From: an uncultured Pseudomonadota bacterium
GTDB taxonomy: Bacteria > Desulfobacterota > Binatia > Binatales > Binataceae
Length of the DNA: 64,000 nucleotides
Assembly (NCBI GenBank): GCA_963759165.1
Contig: CAVWXK010000001.1
Span: 3,137,497-3,201,496, forward strand
Direction of reading: 5' to 3'
Made by a program: the position numbers and the translations under genes. Below the pieces are notes generated by a model. That model was not told the origin of the DNA. It searched no databases and saw nothing but the letters and a program-made list of their open reading frames with translations. Positions 1 to 10,247 of the stretch are shown one piece after another. Positions within the stretch are counted from its first letter, which is position 1; each line of letters starts with the position of its first letter.

Positions 1-56
1 GTGTTGTCACTCTTTCCGGTGGTGATGCTGCTTTTGGAGGAGGTGAGGAAACTCAT
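1..56 (-). CDS. 5' end of an unidentified gene leaving the window (18 codons visible)
   Basis: ATG at 54-56 (minus) overlaps the TGA stop of the upstream kinase (ATGA at 53-56), which suggests translational coupling. The visible peptide MSFLTSSKSSITTGKSDN is not diagnostic. Confidence 0.25.
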   Translation of the reverse strand, partial: MSFLTSSKSSITTGKSDN

Positions 57-1438
57 CGCTCGCCGGATGGCGCGTGCGTTGAACCGCCTGCCGGCTCGGT
101 AGCGCCCTCAGGATTTTCGGTAACAGTGGCGCTGGGAATCGCGATGACGAAAGTTGTCCCACGACCTGGTTCGGACTCCACCTCGATCGATCCTCCGTGG
201 TCACGGACGATTCGCTTGCTGACCCAAAGCCCGAGACCGGTACCTGACGCCTTGGTGGTGAAAAACGGATCGAACAGCTTCCCCATCGCATCCGCGGGAA
301 TGCCGCACCCGCTGTCGGCGACCGCGACCCGTACCCAATCCGGCCGATCCGGCGCGACCCCTGTCTCGATACGGATCGTGCCGCCACTCTCCATCGCTTC
401 GCGCGCATTCATCAAGAGGTTGAGCAGCACCTCTTCCAATGAAGTCGAATCGCCGAGGATAGGTGGAATCGTCCGGTCCAGGGAGATACTGACCTGAATC
501 CCGTCTTTGCTCATCTGGTTGCCGGCCAGAAGCAGCGTGTCCTCGACCACCGAGTTGACGTTAACGCGTTTCGGCTGCCTTGGCCGCTGGCGTGCCAGCG
601 TCAGCAAGCCCTGGGCGATTTTACTCACCCGCAGGGCGTTGCGATGCAGGACTTGCAGGTCTTCCGCCATCTCCGCCGGGAGTTGCTTCCCTTCCGAGTC
701 CGAGATCATCAGCTCGATTCTTGAGGAGATGATACCGATCGGATTGTTGAGTTCGTGCGCGATGCCCGCCGCCATCGCTCCCAGCGTCGCCAGGCTTTCG
801 GCCCGGCGCGTCTCGCGCTCGAGTTGAACCCGCTCGGTGATATCCGTGACAAAGGCCATGCCGAGACGTCCGCTTTCGGACTCGACACAGCCAAGGCCGA
901 TCTCGACCGGGAACTCGCTGCCGTCTTTGCGCCGCCCGACCAAACCAGGTCTGCGAAGAGTCGCGGGGGTGCACACGGCCTTGAGGTAATTGCTGCGATG
1001 CGCGACGTGGGCTTCACGTAACCGCTCCGGAAGCAGCACTTCGACGCTTTGACCCAACAGTTCATAGCGGCTGTAGCCGAACAATCGCTCAGCCTGGCCG
1101 TTTGCGCCTACGATATGGCCTTCTTGATCGACGACCACAATCCCCGAAACCGCGGATTCCAGGATCGCTTCCGCGGTGGCTGCGCTTCTTTGCAGCTCCC
1201 TCCGGGTTTCAGCGCTGTAACGATCGATAACAAAATACAAAACCCCGGCAGTAACCCCGAGGAAGAGCATTTTCTTAAGCACGTCCAGACGGACGAACGC
1301 GGGAAGGCTTGTTACCAGCTTCAAAAACAAATCGTCGGATATGACTACCCAAAGCACCCCGGCAAGTACGTAAATCGCCACAACCTTGGCCGGACTCGGC
1401 AACCGCCACCCGAGTGCCTTTTTCAACAAGCGTCTCAT
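53..1438 (-). CDS. PAS-domain sensor histidine kinase
   Basis: Two N-terminal TM segments and a PAS-like region (VVVDQEGHIVGAN..GRRKDGSEFPVE). H-box AAGIAHELNNPIG, N box LLNLLMNAREA, G boxes DSGCGIP and GTGLGL. Start placed at MRRLLKK (1438); the ORF is open to 1525. Confidence 0.85.
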   Translation of the reverse strand: MRRLLKKALGWRLPSPAKVVAIYVLAGVLWVVISDDLFLKLVTSLPAFVRLDVLKKMLFLGVTAGVLYFVIDRYSAETRRELQRSAATAEAILESAVSGIVVVDQEGHIVGANGQAERLFGYSRYELLGQSVEVLLPERLREAHVAHRSNYLKAVCTPATLRRPGLVGRRKDGSEFPVEIGLGCVESESGRLGMAFVTDITERVQLERETRRAESLATLGAMAAGIAHELNNPIGIISSRIELMISDSEGKQLPAEMAEDLQVLHRNALRVSKIAQGLLTLARQRPRQPKRVNVNSVVEDTLLLAGNQMSKDGIQVSISLDRTIPPILGDSTSLEEVLLNLLMNAREAMESGGTIRIETGVAPDRPDWVRVAVADSGCGIPADAMGKLFDPFFTTKASGTGLGLWVSKRIVRDHGGSIEVESEPGRGTTFVIAIPSATVTENPEGATEPAGGSTHAPSGER

Positions 1439-1584
1439 CGTGCCGGTGAAAGCTTCCCTCCCCTTGTTCAGTGCAACCACTGAATCATACATCAGGCCGG
1501 GCGCAAAACGAGCCGGGAACCGCATATTCGGCAGCCTATGGCACCATCGTCAACGGAGTGATACTGAGGCAAAAGGCAACGGCG

Positions 1585-1944
1585 ATGCATGAGCTATCAG
1601 TCTGTCGCGGGATCCTCGATGCGGCACATCGAGCCCTGGAGGAATTCACGTCTCCGCCCCAGGTCGTTCGCGTCGTGGTCCGTATTGGCTGTCTCACCAA
1701 CGTCACGCGCGACAGCCTCGAGTACTATTTCGATGTGTTGAAGCTGGGTACCTCGTTTTCCGATGCCGCTCTGTCTATCGAGGAGGTTCGCGCCGGCGGC
1801 CTGTGCAACGAGTGCGGCGCCGAGTTCGAGACCGATGACGCGTCGCTGGTTTGCCCGGCGTGCGGTTCGAACTCGGTCGAGCTTAATTCGGGCCGCGAGC
1901 TCGAGATGGTCGGAATCGAGGTTGTGGACGAGCCTTCTCAGTAA
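1585..1944 (+). CDS. hypA: hydrogenase nickel-insertion protein HypA
   Basis: N-terminal MHELS motif and CNECG..CPACG zinc motif. ATG at 1585 lies inside the longer 1471 ORF. First gene of the hyp cluster. Confidence 0.85.
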   Translation: MHELSVCRGILDAAHRALEEFTSPPQVVRVVVRIGCLTNVTRDSLEYYFDVLKLGTSFSDAALSIEEVRAGGLCNECGAEFETDDASLVCPACGSNSVELNSGRELEMVGIEVVDEPSQ

Positions 1945-1960
1945 CCGGGAGCAGGCCGCG

Positions 1961-4347
1961 ATGAGCACGACTCCTGACGGAGCGATTGTGCCAATCGATA
2001 CCGCATCCGTGACCGACATCGCGGCGCGCCGGATCATACTGGAAGGCCTCGTACAGGGCGTCGGATTCCGGCCTTTCGTGCATCGGCTCGCGGTCAGGCA
2101 TGGCCTGGCGGGATACGCGCGCAACCTGGCCCAGGGCGTGGAAATCATGGTCGAGGGCGGCGCCGCCTCGGTCGCGAAATTCCTCGATGCGCTCACGGTC
2201 GACGCTCCGGTCCTGGCTCGCATCGACAACCTTCACGTCGAAAGCATCGAACCGACCGGATGCGACCGTTTCGAGATCGCCGCATCGAGCGACGGCGGCG
2301 GATTCCAGCCGATCGCGCCCGATATCGCCACCTGCCCTGACTGCCTACGCGAAGTTTTGAGCGCGACGGATCGACGCTTCGGATATCCGTTCACCAACTG
2401 CACCAATTGCGGGCCGCGTTTCACGATTATCGAGGCGGTACCTTACGACCGGCAAAACACCACGATGGCCGGCTTCACGATGTGCGCGCGATGCCGCGCC
2501 GAGTACGACGATCCAACCAATCGACGCTTTCACGCCCAGCCCAACGCCTGTCCGCAATGCGGGCCGAGTCTGAGACTCGTCGACTGTAACGGAGCGCCTT
2601 TGCCGGGCGATGCGATGGCGGAGACGAGGCGGTTTTTGGCTGCGGGTTCGATCGTCGCGATCAAGGGAATCGGCGGCTTCCATCTCGCCTGCGACGCCCT
2701 CAACGACGCCGCCGTAATGCGGCTTCGCGAAAGAAAAGGCCGGGAGGCAAAACCGCTGGCCCTCATGGTTGCCGACCTCGCCGCGGCCGAGCGCATCTGC
2801 GACGTTTCCGACGCGGAGCGTTCCTTGCTGTGCTCGCGAGCCAGACCGATCGTCCTGATGCGCGAGCATCCCGATTCCCGGATCGCGCGAAGCGTGGCGC
2901 CGGGCCTTGGCCGGCTCGGAGTGATGCTCCCTTACTCGCCGCTTCATCATCTGCTGTTCAGCGGTGAGATCCCGCGGGCGCTGGTGATGACCAGCGGCAA
3001 CCGAAGCGATGAGCCGATGGCGACTGACGAGGGCGATGCGCTCAAACGGCTCGGCGCCATCGCCGACGCATTCCTGATCCACAACCGCCCGATCCATCTC
3101 CGCTGCGACGATTCCGTGACGCGCGTCGTCGATGGCGTCGAGATGCCGCTTAGACGCTCGCGCGGCTACGCACCGTTTCCCGTTTCGCTCCCGTTCGAGA
3201 CCCGGCCGACTCTCGCCCTGGGCGCCGACCTCAAGAACGCGGTTTGCGTGAGTCGCGGCGCGTACGCCTTCCTGACTCCCATATCGGTGACCTCGAGGAT
3301 TGGGACACCTTCGCCTCCTTCAAGCAGATGATCGGGCATATGAAATCGCTCTTTCGCGTCGAGCCCGAAATCATCGTGCATGACCTCCATCCGGATTATT
3401 TCTCAACTCGCTACGCGCGCGAGATCGCCGACGGACCCGCGCTCGTCGCCGTGCAGCATCATCACGCGCACATCGCCGCCTGTATGGCTGAGCATGGACT
3501 AAGCGGCCCGGTGATCGGCGTTGCCTTCGACGGGACCGGCCTTGGAATCGACGGCCATATCTGGGGCGGCGAATTCCTGCTCACGGATTACGGCGACTTC
3601 ACGCGCATGGGCCATCTCAAGTACGTCCCGATGCCGGGCGGTAATCGGGCGGTGCGCGAGCCGTTTCGCATGGCGCTGGCGCATCTGGTAAACGCCTGCG
3701 GCCGGTGGGACGCGGACCTGCCGCCGGTGCGGGAATCGAAGCCCGGGGAACGAAAAGTTATCGCGCGGCAGATCGAGCAGGGGCTCAACGCGCCGCTTAC
3801 TTCGAGCATGGGCCGGCTGTTCGACGCGATCGCGTCGATACTCGGCGTGCGCCATCGCGCCGCCTACGAAGCGCAGGCCGCGATGGAGCTTGAGGCGTTG
3901 ATCGATCCGTCCGCTGACGGAAGCTACCCGTTTGAAATCGCCGGCGAACGTCCGGTTGTCATCGATCCGGCGCCGATCGTGCGCGCGGTGATCGCGGAGA
4001 TGAACGCCGGAACGCCGGTTCCCGCGATTGCCTCGCGCTTTCACACCACGGTCGCTAATCTGATCGTGGAGATGTGCGGAATGATTCGCGGACTCAGCGG
4101 AGAAAATCGCGTCGTATTGAGCGGAGGCGTTTTCCAGAATGTGGTGCTCCTTCGAAGCACGCGCCGCGGCCTTGCCGAAGCCGGATTTGAAGTTTTCACC
4201 CACCATCTGGCGCCGCCCAACGACGGCGGAATCGCCCTTGGCCAGGTGGCAGTGGCGCACGCGCGATTGGTGCGGCCTTCTTCCCCTGTCATCCTGAGCG
4301 AAGCGAAGGATCGCCGCGAAGCGATGAGTCTCTGCAAGTTACGCTAA
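1961..4347 (+). CDS. hypF: carbamoyltransferase HypF, reading frame broken once near 3274
   Basis: Acylphosphatase motif VQGVGFRPFV. Zinc fingers CPDCLREV..CTNCGPRF and CARCRAEY..CPQCGP. YrdC-like middle region, then SHIGDLEDW and a Kae1-like C-terminal part. The N-terminal part is ORF 1763-3331 and the C-terminal part is ORF 3244-4347, in different frames. The junction ttc ctg / gac tcc cat shares G3274. The last ~20 codons are encoded by a dispersed repeat. Confidence 0.85.
4288..4325. repeat. dispersed 38-nt element gtcatcctgagcgaagcgaaggatcgccgcgaagcgat (family 1)
   Basis: Exact reverse-complement copy at 24208-24245. Diverged copies at 26987-27014, 27070-27098, 35310-36, 55476-55560, and possibly ~29441-29470. 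Confidence 0.8.
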
Positions 4348-4370
4348 GCCCTCGGAGGAAACGCAGCGAA

Positions 4371-4682
4371 ATGTGCTTAGGCGTTCCGGGTCGCGTGGTG
4401 GAAGTCGACGGTCACGTCGCGATCGTCGATTTCTGGGGCGTCAGGCGGCGGGTCTTTCTCGACGTCGTGGATCATCCCGTCGCGCCCGGCGACTACATTC
4501 TGAATCACGTCGGTTTCGCCATTCGACGCATCCCGCCGGAAGAGATTGCCGAAACTCTGGCGCTCTACGAAGAGCTTTTGGGCGAGGCCGGGAACGACAT
4601 CATGGCAACGGACGTTCGCGACGAAATCAGCGCCGCCACGACCGGCGGCAGCAATAAAGACGATGCCCTCAAGCGAAGATAG
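4371..4682 (+). CDS. hypC: hydrogenase assembly chaperone HypC
   Basis: Canonical N-terminus MCLGVPGRVVEV. Lies between hypF and hypD. The tail overlaps the hypD start by 20 nt. Confidence 0.85.
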   Translation: MCLGVPGRVVEVDGHVAIVDFWGVRRRVFLDVVDHPVAPGDYILNHVGFAIRRIPPEEIAETLALYEELLGEAGNDIMATDVRDEISAATTGGSNKDDALKRR

Positions 4683-5805
4683 CGGCACTGCCCAGCTCCG
4701 ATTTCGCGATCCGGCCAGAGCGCGCGGGCTTGCGGCGTCGCTCGCGCGATTGACCGAAAGAATCGGCCACGCGCCGGTTTCGGTGATGCACGTATGCGGC
4801 AGCCATGAACAGGCGATCGCCAAGTTCGGCCTGCGCGCCTCGTTCCCCAAGGGCCTCAACGTGATCATGGGCCCCGGATGCCCGGTCTGCGTCACCGACA
4901 TCCCCGAGGTCGACGAAGCCGTAGTGCTTGCCGGACAGGGCGTGCGGATCGCGACCTACGGCGACATGCTGCGAGTGCCGGGCACCGTCAAATCGCTGGC
5001 GGACGCGATGGCCGAGGGCGCGAAGGTTCAGGTCGTGTATAGCGTGTCGCAGGCGGTTGAACTCGCGCGCAAGATGGACGAGGAGCTGGTGTTCTTCGCC
5101 AGCGGCTTCGAGACCACCGCGGTCGCGACCGCCGCGGAGATTATCCGCGATCCGCCGCCGAACTTCTCGGTTCTTTCCGCTCACAAGTACATACCGCCGG
5201 TGATGGAGATCATCGCCGAGATGCCGCGGAGCCGCGTCGAAGGCTTTCTCGCCGCCGGCCACGCCGCGACGATTACCGGATGGGGCGTCTTCGAGCGCTT
5301 CGTCGAGCGGCACAAACTCCCGGTGGTCGTGGCGGGCTTCGAGCCGCTCGACATCCTCGCCGGGCTGGTGAAACTGCTCGAACTGATCGAGGGCGGAAAT
5401 CCCCAAGTGGCCAACATGTATCCGCGATGCGTGACTCATGAGGGAAACCGCAAGGCCCAGGAGCAGCTCTGGAAGGTTTTCCGCGCGGTCGGCGGCACCT
5501 GGCGCGGAATCGCGCACGTGCCCAATGGCAATCTTCGCCTGCGCGACGAATTCGCCAACTTCGACGCGCGCAGGCGTTTCCGCATCGACGTGTCGAAGCT
5601 CTGGGACTACGCTCCGCCGACGCGGGTCGCGGACTGCATCTGCGGCGATATCATGGCCGGAATCGCATCGCCCACCGATTGCACGCTGTTCGGAACCCAG
5701 TGCGTGCCGGACAGCCCGGTCGGAGCCTGCATGGTGAGCAGCGAAGGGACGTGCAAGATCTGGCATCAATACGGCGGCCATCCGCAACTTCGGGGCGGCA
5801 GTTGA
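4663..5805 (+). CDS. hypD: hydrogenase maturation factor HypD
   Basis: VMHVCGSHEQAI and GPGCPVCVTD motifs. About 380 aa from the internal ATG at 4663 of ORF 4546-5805. Confidence 0.85.
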   Translation: MPSSEDSGTAQLRFRDPARARGLAASLARLTERIGHAPVSVMHVCGSHEQAIAKFGLRASFPKGLNVIMGPGCPVCVTDIPEVDEAVVLAGQGVRIATYGDMLRVPGTVKSLADAMAEGAKVQVVYSVSQAVELARKMDEELVFFASGFETTAVATAAEIIRDPPPNFSVLSAHKYIPPVMEIIAEMPRSRVEGFLAAGHAATITGWGVFERFVERHKLPVVVAGFEPLDILAGLVKLLELIEGGNPQVANMYPRCVTHEGNRKAQEQLWKVFRAVGGTWRGIAHVPNGNLRLRDEFANFDARRRFRIDVSKLWDYAPPTRVADCICGDIMAGIASPTDCTLFGTQCVPDSPVGACMVSSEGTCKIWHQYGGHPQLRGGS

Positions 5806-5868
5806 AACCGCGGCGGGCGATACTGAGATCAACGCATCGGCCTCAAGCACGGCGCCGGCGGCCGCGCG

Positions 5869-6847
5869 ATGCGCGCGCTCATCGAGCAGATTTTCGTCGA
5901 TGGCTTCGCCGGCACGCCGGTCGACGGTATCGGGCTCGCCGCGATGGACGACGGCGCCGCGATCCGGCTTGGCGATCGATGGCTGGTGATCACCACCGAC
6001 TCGCACGTGGTTCATCCGATTTTTTTCCCCGGCGGCGATATCGGACGGCTTGCGGTCGCGGGAACCGTTAACGACCTCGCGATGATGGGCGCGACCGAGG
6101 TGATGGCGCTCACCTGCTCGGTGATAATCGAGGAAGGCTTTGCCCGTTCCGACCTCGAGCGGATTCAGGCGTCGCTCGCCGCAACCTGTCGCGAGGCCGG
6201 CGCGGCAATCGTCACCGGCGATACCAAGGTCATGGGCAAGGGCGAGCTCGACGGCATCGTGCTCAACACCACCGGAATCGGCCTGACCACGCAGGTGATC
6301 TCCGATTCGGGCCTGAAGCCGGGCGACCTGATCATCGTGACCGGCACGATGGGCGACCACGGGATGGCGGTGATGGCGGCGCGCCACGAACTCGAACTTG
6401 AGGGCGAGCTGCGCTCCGACGTCGCGCCGCTGAATGGCCTCATCCGCGCCGCGATCGAAGCCGCGGGCGACGGAATCATATCGGCCATGAAGGACCCGAC
6501 GCGCGGCGGCCTGGCCAGCACGCTCAACGAGATGGCTTCGAAAAGCAGAGTGGGGATCGGGATCGAGGAGAACAAGGTTCCGGTCACCTCCGCGACGCGT
6601 TCAGCCGCCGACCTGCTCGGAATCGACGTCTCTGCACGTTGCCAACGAAGGAAAAGCCGTGCTCGGAGTGAGACCGCAGGCCGCGGAACGCGTTCTCGCG
6701 GCCCTGCGATCGCATCCGCTCGGGCGCGATGCGGCGATTATCGGCGTCTGCACCGCGGAGAATCCGGGCTCCGTCATCCTCGATACCGGCTTCGGCCGCC
6801 GACTTCTCACCGAGCCGGAGGGCGAGCTTCTGCCGCGCATATGCTGA
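5869..6847 (+). CDS. hypE: carbamoyl dehydratase HypE, frame broken near 6631 and start unclear
   Basis: TDSHVVHPIFFPGGDIG and GDTKVMGKGE motifs lie in ORF 5869-6858. The conserved C-terminus (LHVANEGK..LAALRSHPLGRDAAIIG..LPRIC) is in ORF 6659-6847 in another frame, with one extra nt at 6631. The conserved N-terminal IGLKHGAGG is encoded at 5836-5862, upstream of the first in-frame ATG (5869), with no canonical in-frame start after the stop at 5824. Confidence 0.8.
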
Positions 6848-6879
6848 ATCGCGGCTGACGGCGCGAGGCGAATCGCGAA

Positions 6880-7722
6880 GTGGAGCATCCCGCCATGGAA
6901 CACATCCGCATCGAGCGCGACGGCGCGGTCGGACTCATCACTATCGACAGGACCGATCGTTACAACTCGCTCGACGTAAAAACCGCTCAGGATTTCCGCA
7001 AGGCCGGTCTTCAATACGCCCGCGACGACGCGATCCGCGCGGTCGTCATCAAAGGCGCGGGCGGAATCTTCTGCAGCGGCGCTGATCTCAAATATATTCG
7101 CGCCGGCGCGGACGCGGCCGACTTGAACTATTTGCAGCCGTCACATGACGAGGCCGGCGGATACGGCGAGGCGTTCAAGCAAATCGTGCAGTACATCCAC
7201 AGCACGATTAGCGAGATCAGGCGCGCTCCCAAGCCGTTTATCGCCGCGGTCGACGGAGTCGCCGCCGCCGGAGGCTTCGGAATCGCGATGGCTTGCGACC
7301 TGGTGATAGCCTCGGAGCGCGCGAGCTTCGAGTGGGCCTATTCAAAAACCGGCCTCACCGGCGCCGAGAGCTCAACTTTTTTTCTTCCGCGTCTGATCGG
7401 TCTGCGCCGTTCGATGGAGCTGGTCTTGATGAACCCGCGACTCGACGCGCGCACCGCGCTTGAGATCGGCCTTATCACCGCGGTCCATCCGGTGGAGAGT
7501 TTCGACGGCGAAGTGCTCAAGCTCGCCCGCAAGCTCGCCGACGGTCCGACCCGCGCCTACGGCGTTGCCAAGGGCCTTCTGAATCAGGCGGCCGGAGCGG
7601 AGCGGCTCGATTACCATCTCGGATGCGAGCTCGAAGGCCTCGTGCGCATCGCCGACGCACCGGACTTCGCCGCCGGACTCGACGCCTTCGCCAATAAACG
7701 CCCGCCCCGGTTCAAAGGCTGA
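6880..7722 (+). CDS. enoyl-CoA hydratase/isomerase (crotonase) family protein
   Basis: Crotonase signatures GGIFCSGADLK and AAVDGVAAAGGFGIAMACD. About 280 aa. Confidence 0.8.
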   Translation: MEHPAMEHIRIERDGAVGLITIDRTDRYNSLDVKTAQDFRKAGLQYARDDAIRAVVIKGAGGIFCSGADLKYIRAGADAADLNYLQPSHDEAGGYGEAFKQIVQYIHSTISEIRRAPKPFIAAVDGVAAAGGFGIAMACDLVIASERASFEWAYSKTGLTGAESSTFFLPRLIGLRRSMELVLMNPRLDARTALEIGLITAVHPVESFDGEVLKLARKLADGPTRAYGVAKGLLNQAAGAERLDYHLGCELEGLVRIADAPDFAAGLDAFANKRPPRFKG

Positions 7723-8176
7723 GCCGCGCGATCTCAAGCGCTGCCGCAATCGCTGGCTCGACGGCGGCAGCCACCGCAGCCGACAGCCCCTCGCCGTAAC
7801 GTTTCGGTCGCTCGATCGTAACCCCGACGATATAGACGCGCCGGGCAACCGGCTCGGGCGACAGCTCGCGTGCGAGCTTCACCGCTTCGAGCACGCCAAC
7901 GCCGTGCGTAGTAAGCAGCGTTCCCGCTGGCGCTCGCGCGTCGCCGGCCTCGAATCGCACGACCTGCCCCGGCTCTCCGTCGCCCACTATCGCGTCGATC
8001 AAAATTATCGGATCCGCGCCGAAAAGAGCGGAATCGATAAGAGCGCTCGGCTCGACAATCTCGACCACCTCGATTCCAACCGGCAAGGCCATCGTACTAA
8101 GCCGCCGCGCCACGGCGATTCCGACGCCGTCATCGCCGGCGGCTGCCTGGCCGATTCCGATAATTCGAGCCGCCAT
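7712..8176 (-). CDS. hydrogenase maturation endopeptidase (HyaD/FrhD-like)
   Basis: IIGIGQAAAGDDGVGI and HGVGVLEA motifs. ATG 8174-8176 lies 2 nt after the large-subunit stop (8179-8181). Confidence 0.8.
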   Translation of the reverse strand: MAARIIGIGQAAAGDDGVGIAVARRLSTMALPVGIEVVEIVEPSALIDSALFGADPIILIDAIVGDGEPGQVVRFEAGDARAPAGTLLTTHGVGVLEAVKLARELSPEPVARRVYIVGVTIERPKRYGEGLSAAVAAAVEPAIAAALEIARLSL

Positions 8177-8178
8177 CG

Positions 8179-9462
8179 CTACTCGTGCTCGACCGTCAAG
8201 CGCAGAAAATGGGTCGCGCACGAGATGCACGGATCGTAATTGCGGATCGCCTGCTCGGCGATCGCCGTCGCCGCATCATGCGACAGCTTCGCCATCCGGG
8301 GCGCGAGCTCGAACAGATCCTGCTCGATTGATTTCTGATTCTGCGCCGTCGGCGGGACGATCTTCGCGTCCTCGATGATGCCGCGTTCGTCGAGCCGGTA
8401 GCGATGGTACAGGATGCCGCGCGGCGCTTCGGTGCATCCGAAGCCGGTGGAAGCTCGCGGCGTGACCTCGATGAACGGCTGGGCCGGCGGCTCATACGCC
8501 TCGATTATCCGAATCGAATCGTCGAGCGCGTGGATCGTTTCGACCGCGCGCACCAGGATACTCATGAAAGGATTGCGGCACGGCACCGGAATCCGGGCCG
8601 CGACCGCCGCCTGCCTCGCCAGCGGAGACAGATTTTCGAAGTTCAGATTGAAGCGCGCCATGGGCCCGCATAGGTACGGACCACGCTCCTTCAGAATGGA
8701 ATGCAGTGCGTTGGAATGCGGCACCTGCCGCTCGACGAAATTGCGCTCGTATTCACGTACCTCGATATCCAATCCCTTGTTCGACACCAGTCGGTCGCCA
8801 AGTACCGCATACTCGCTCCGATGGCGGAGCGCGACGAACTCGTAGTCGCGTTCGAAATCGGGAAACGAAAATCCGGTGAACCACTCCAGCGCTTTCAGCG
8901 CTCCATCGCGCGCGGCGTCAAGCTCAGAAAGCAGCGCACCGAGCTCGCTTCGCGTCGGCAGACGGTAAAAGCCGCCGACCCGGACGTTAACCGGATGGAC
9001 CTCCCGGCCGCCGACCGTCCGGACGATAGCGTTGCCGACCTTTTTGATTCGCAGGGCCGCATTCAGCATCTCGCGATGGTCCCTGGCCATCGCGAATGCG
9101 TCGGGACAGCCGAGAAAATCGGGCGCGTGCAGAAAAAACATATGCAGCGCGTGACTCTCGATCCACTCGCCCCAATAGATGAGCCGCCGGAGCTCGCGGA
9201 GCCCGCCTTCAACCTGAACGCCAAGCGCGTCTTCCATCGCCTGACAGGCGCTCATCTGATAGGCGACCGGGCAGATGCCGCAGATGCGCGCGGTTATGTC
9301 GGGCGTCTCCGCGTACGAGCGGCCGCGCAGAAAGGCCTCGAAGAATCGCGGCGGCTCGAAGATGCGAAGCTCAACGTCGCGAACCTGATCGCCCTTGAAG
9401 CGGATGCGGAGCGCGCCCTCGCCTTCGACGCGCGCCAGCTCATCAACCTTTATCGTCTTCAT
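8179..9462 (-). CDS. [NiFe]-hydrogenase large (alpha) subunit, cytosolic group-3b-like
   Basis: Ni-binding cysteine pairs [10 protein letters not shown] (N-terminal) and DPCISCATH (C-terminal). 427 aa. Subunit context (AsrA-like, PyrK-like, small subunit) is typical of bidirectional NAD(P)-linked group 3b enzymes. Confidence 0.9.
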   Translation of the reverse strand: MKTIKVDELARVEGEGALRIRFKGDQVRDVELRIFEPPRFFEAFLRGRSYAETPDITARICGICPVAYQMSACQAMEDALGVQVEGGLRELRRLIYWGEWIESHALHMFFLHAPDFLGCPDAFAMARDHREMLNAALRIKKVGNAIVRTVGGREVHPVNVRVGGFYRLPTRSELGALLSELDAARDGALKALEWFTGFSFPDFERDYEFVALRHRSEYAVLGDRLVSNKGLDIEVREYERNFVERQVPHSNALHSILKERGPYLCGPMARFNLNFENLSPLARQAAVAARIPVPCRNPFMSILVRAVETIHALDDSIRIIEAYEPPAQPFIEVTPRASTGFGCTEAPRGILYHRYRLDERGIIEDAKIVPPTAQNQKSIEQDLFELAPRMAKLSHDAATAIAEQAIRNYDPCISCATHFLRLTVEHE

Positions 9463-10246
9463 AAATCGCGGCAGCCTTGCGGAACGCGTCGGCGTTCGCG
9501 TTAAAGGTGCTCAGCACGCGCGCGACCTCGGCCTTCGAAGCTCCGGCCTTGATCCAGGCTTCGCCCATCGAGGCCGTGTTCGGCGATTCGCTCGGCCCGA
9601 AGCATCCGTAGCATCCGCGGGCGTAACTCGGGCAAATGGCGCCGCATCCGGCGTGCGTTATCGGCCCCAGGCACGGCACCCCGCGCGCGACCATGATACA
9701 AACCGTGCCGCGCGCCTTGCACTCGACACATACGCTGTGACCCGGCGTATGAGGCCTGCGGCCATTGAGGAACGCCGCGAGCACTTCGAGCAGCTGATGC
9801 TTGTTGATCGGACATCCGCGCAGCTCGAAATCGACCCGCACGTGATCGGCGATCGCGGTCGAGGTGCCGAGCGTCGAGACGTAGGCCGGCGTCGCATACA
9901 CGATCGCCATGAATTGCTGAACGTCCTTGAAATTCCGCAGCGCCTGGATTCCGCCCGCGGTCGCGCACGCTCCGATAGTTATCAGGATTTTCGAGGCGGC
10001 CCGCACCTCGCGAATCCGGGCCTCATCGCGCGCCGTGGTAATCGAGCCTTCGACCAGGGAGATGTCGTAAGGGCCTTTGACCTCGTTGCTGCTCGCTTCA
10101 AGGAACTTGGCGATCTGGATCCGGTCGGCCAGAGCCAGAAGCTGGTCTTCGCAATCGAGCAGACTCAACTGGCATCCGTCGCAGGAAGCGAACTTCCACA
10201 CCGCGAGCTTTGCCTTCGTGCCTTTTACCGCCGCCGCCCTCGCCAT
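9443..10246 (-). CDS. [NiFe]-hydrogenase small (delta) subunit
   Basis: [14 protein letters not shown] and [11 protein letters not shown] motifs with a Cys-rich C-terminal FeS region. Start placed at MARAAAV (10246), directly after the gamma stop. The 3' end overlaps the large-subunit start. Confidence 0.85.
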   Translation of the reverse strand: MARAAAVKGTKAKLAVWKFASCDGCQLSLLDCEDQLLALADRIQIAKFLEASSNEVKGPYDISLVEGSITTARDEARIREVRAASKILITIGACATAGGIQALRNFKDVQQFMAIVYATPAYVSTLGTSTAIADHVRVDFELRGCPINKHQLLEVLAAFLNGRRPHTPGHSVCVECKARGTVCIMVARGVPCLGPITHAGCGAICPSYARGCYGCFGPSESPNTASMGEAWIKAGASKAEVARVLSTFNANADAFRKAAAIYEDDKG

Positions 10247-10247
10247 T

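Noticed and set aside
4669-6387. 572-aa ORF on the minus strand across hypD/hypE
   Set aside because: It is antisense to two genes with clear HypD and HypE motifs. Its translation is Arg/His/Asp-rich with no motif. Long open antisense frames are expected in GC-rich DNA.
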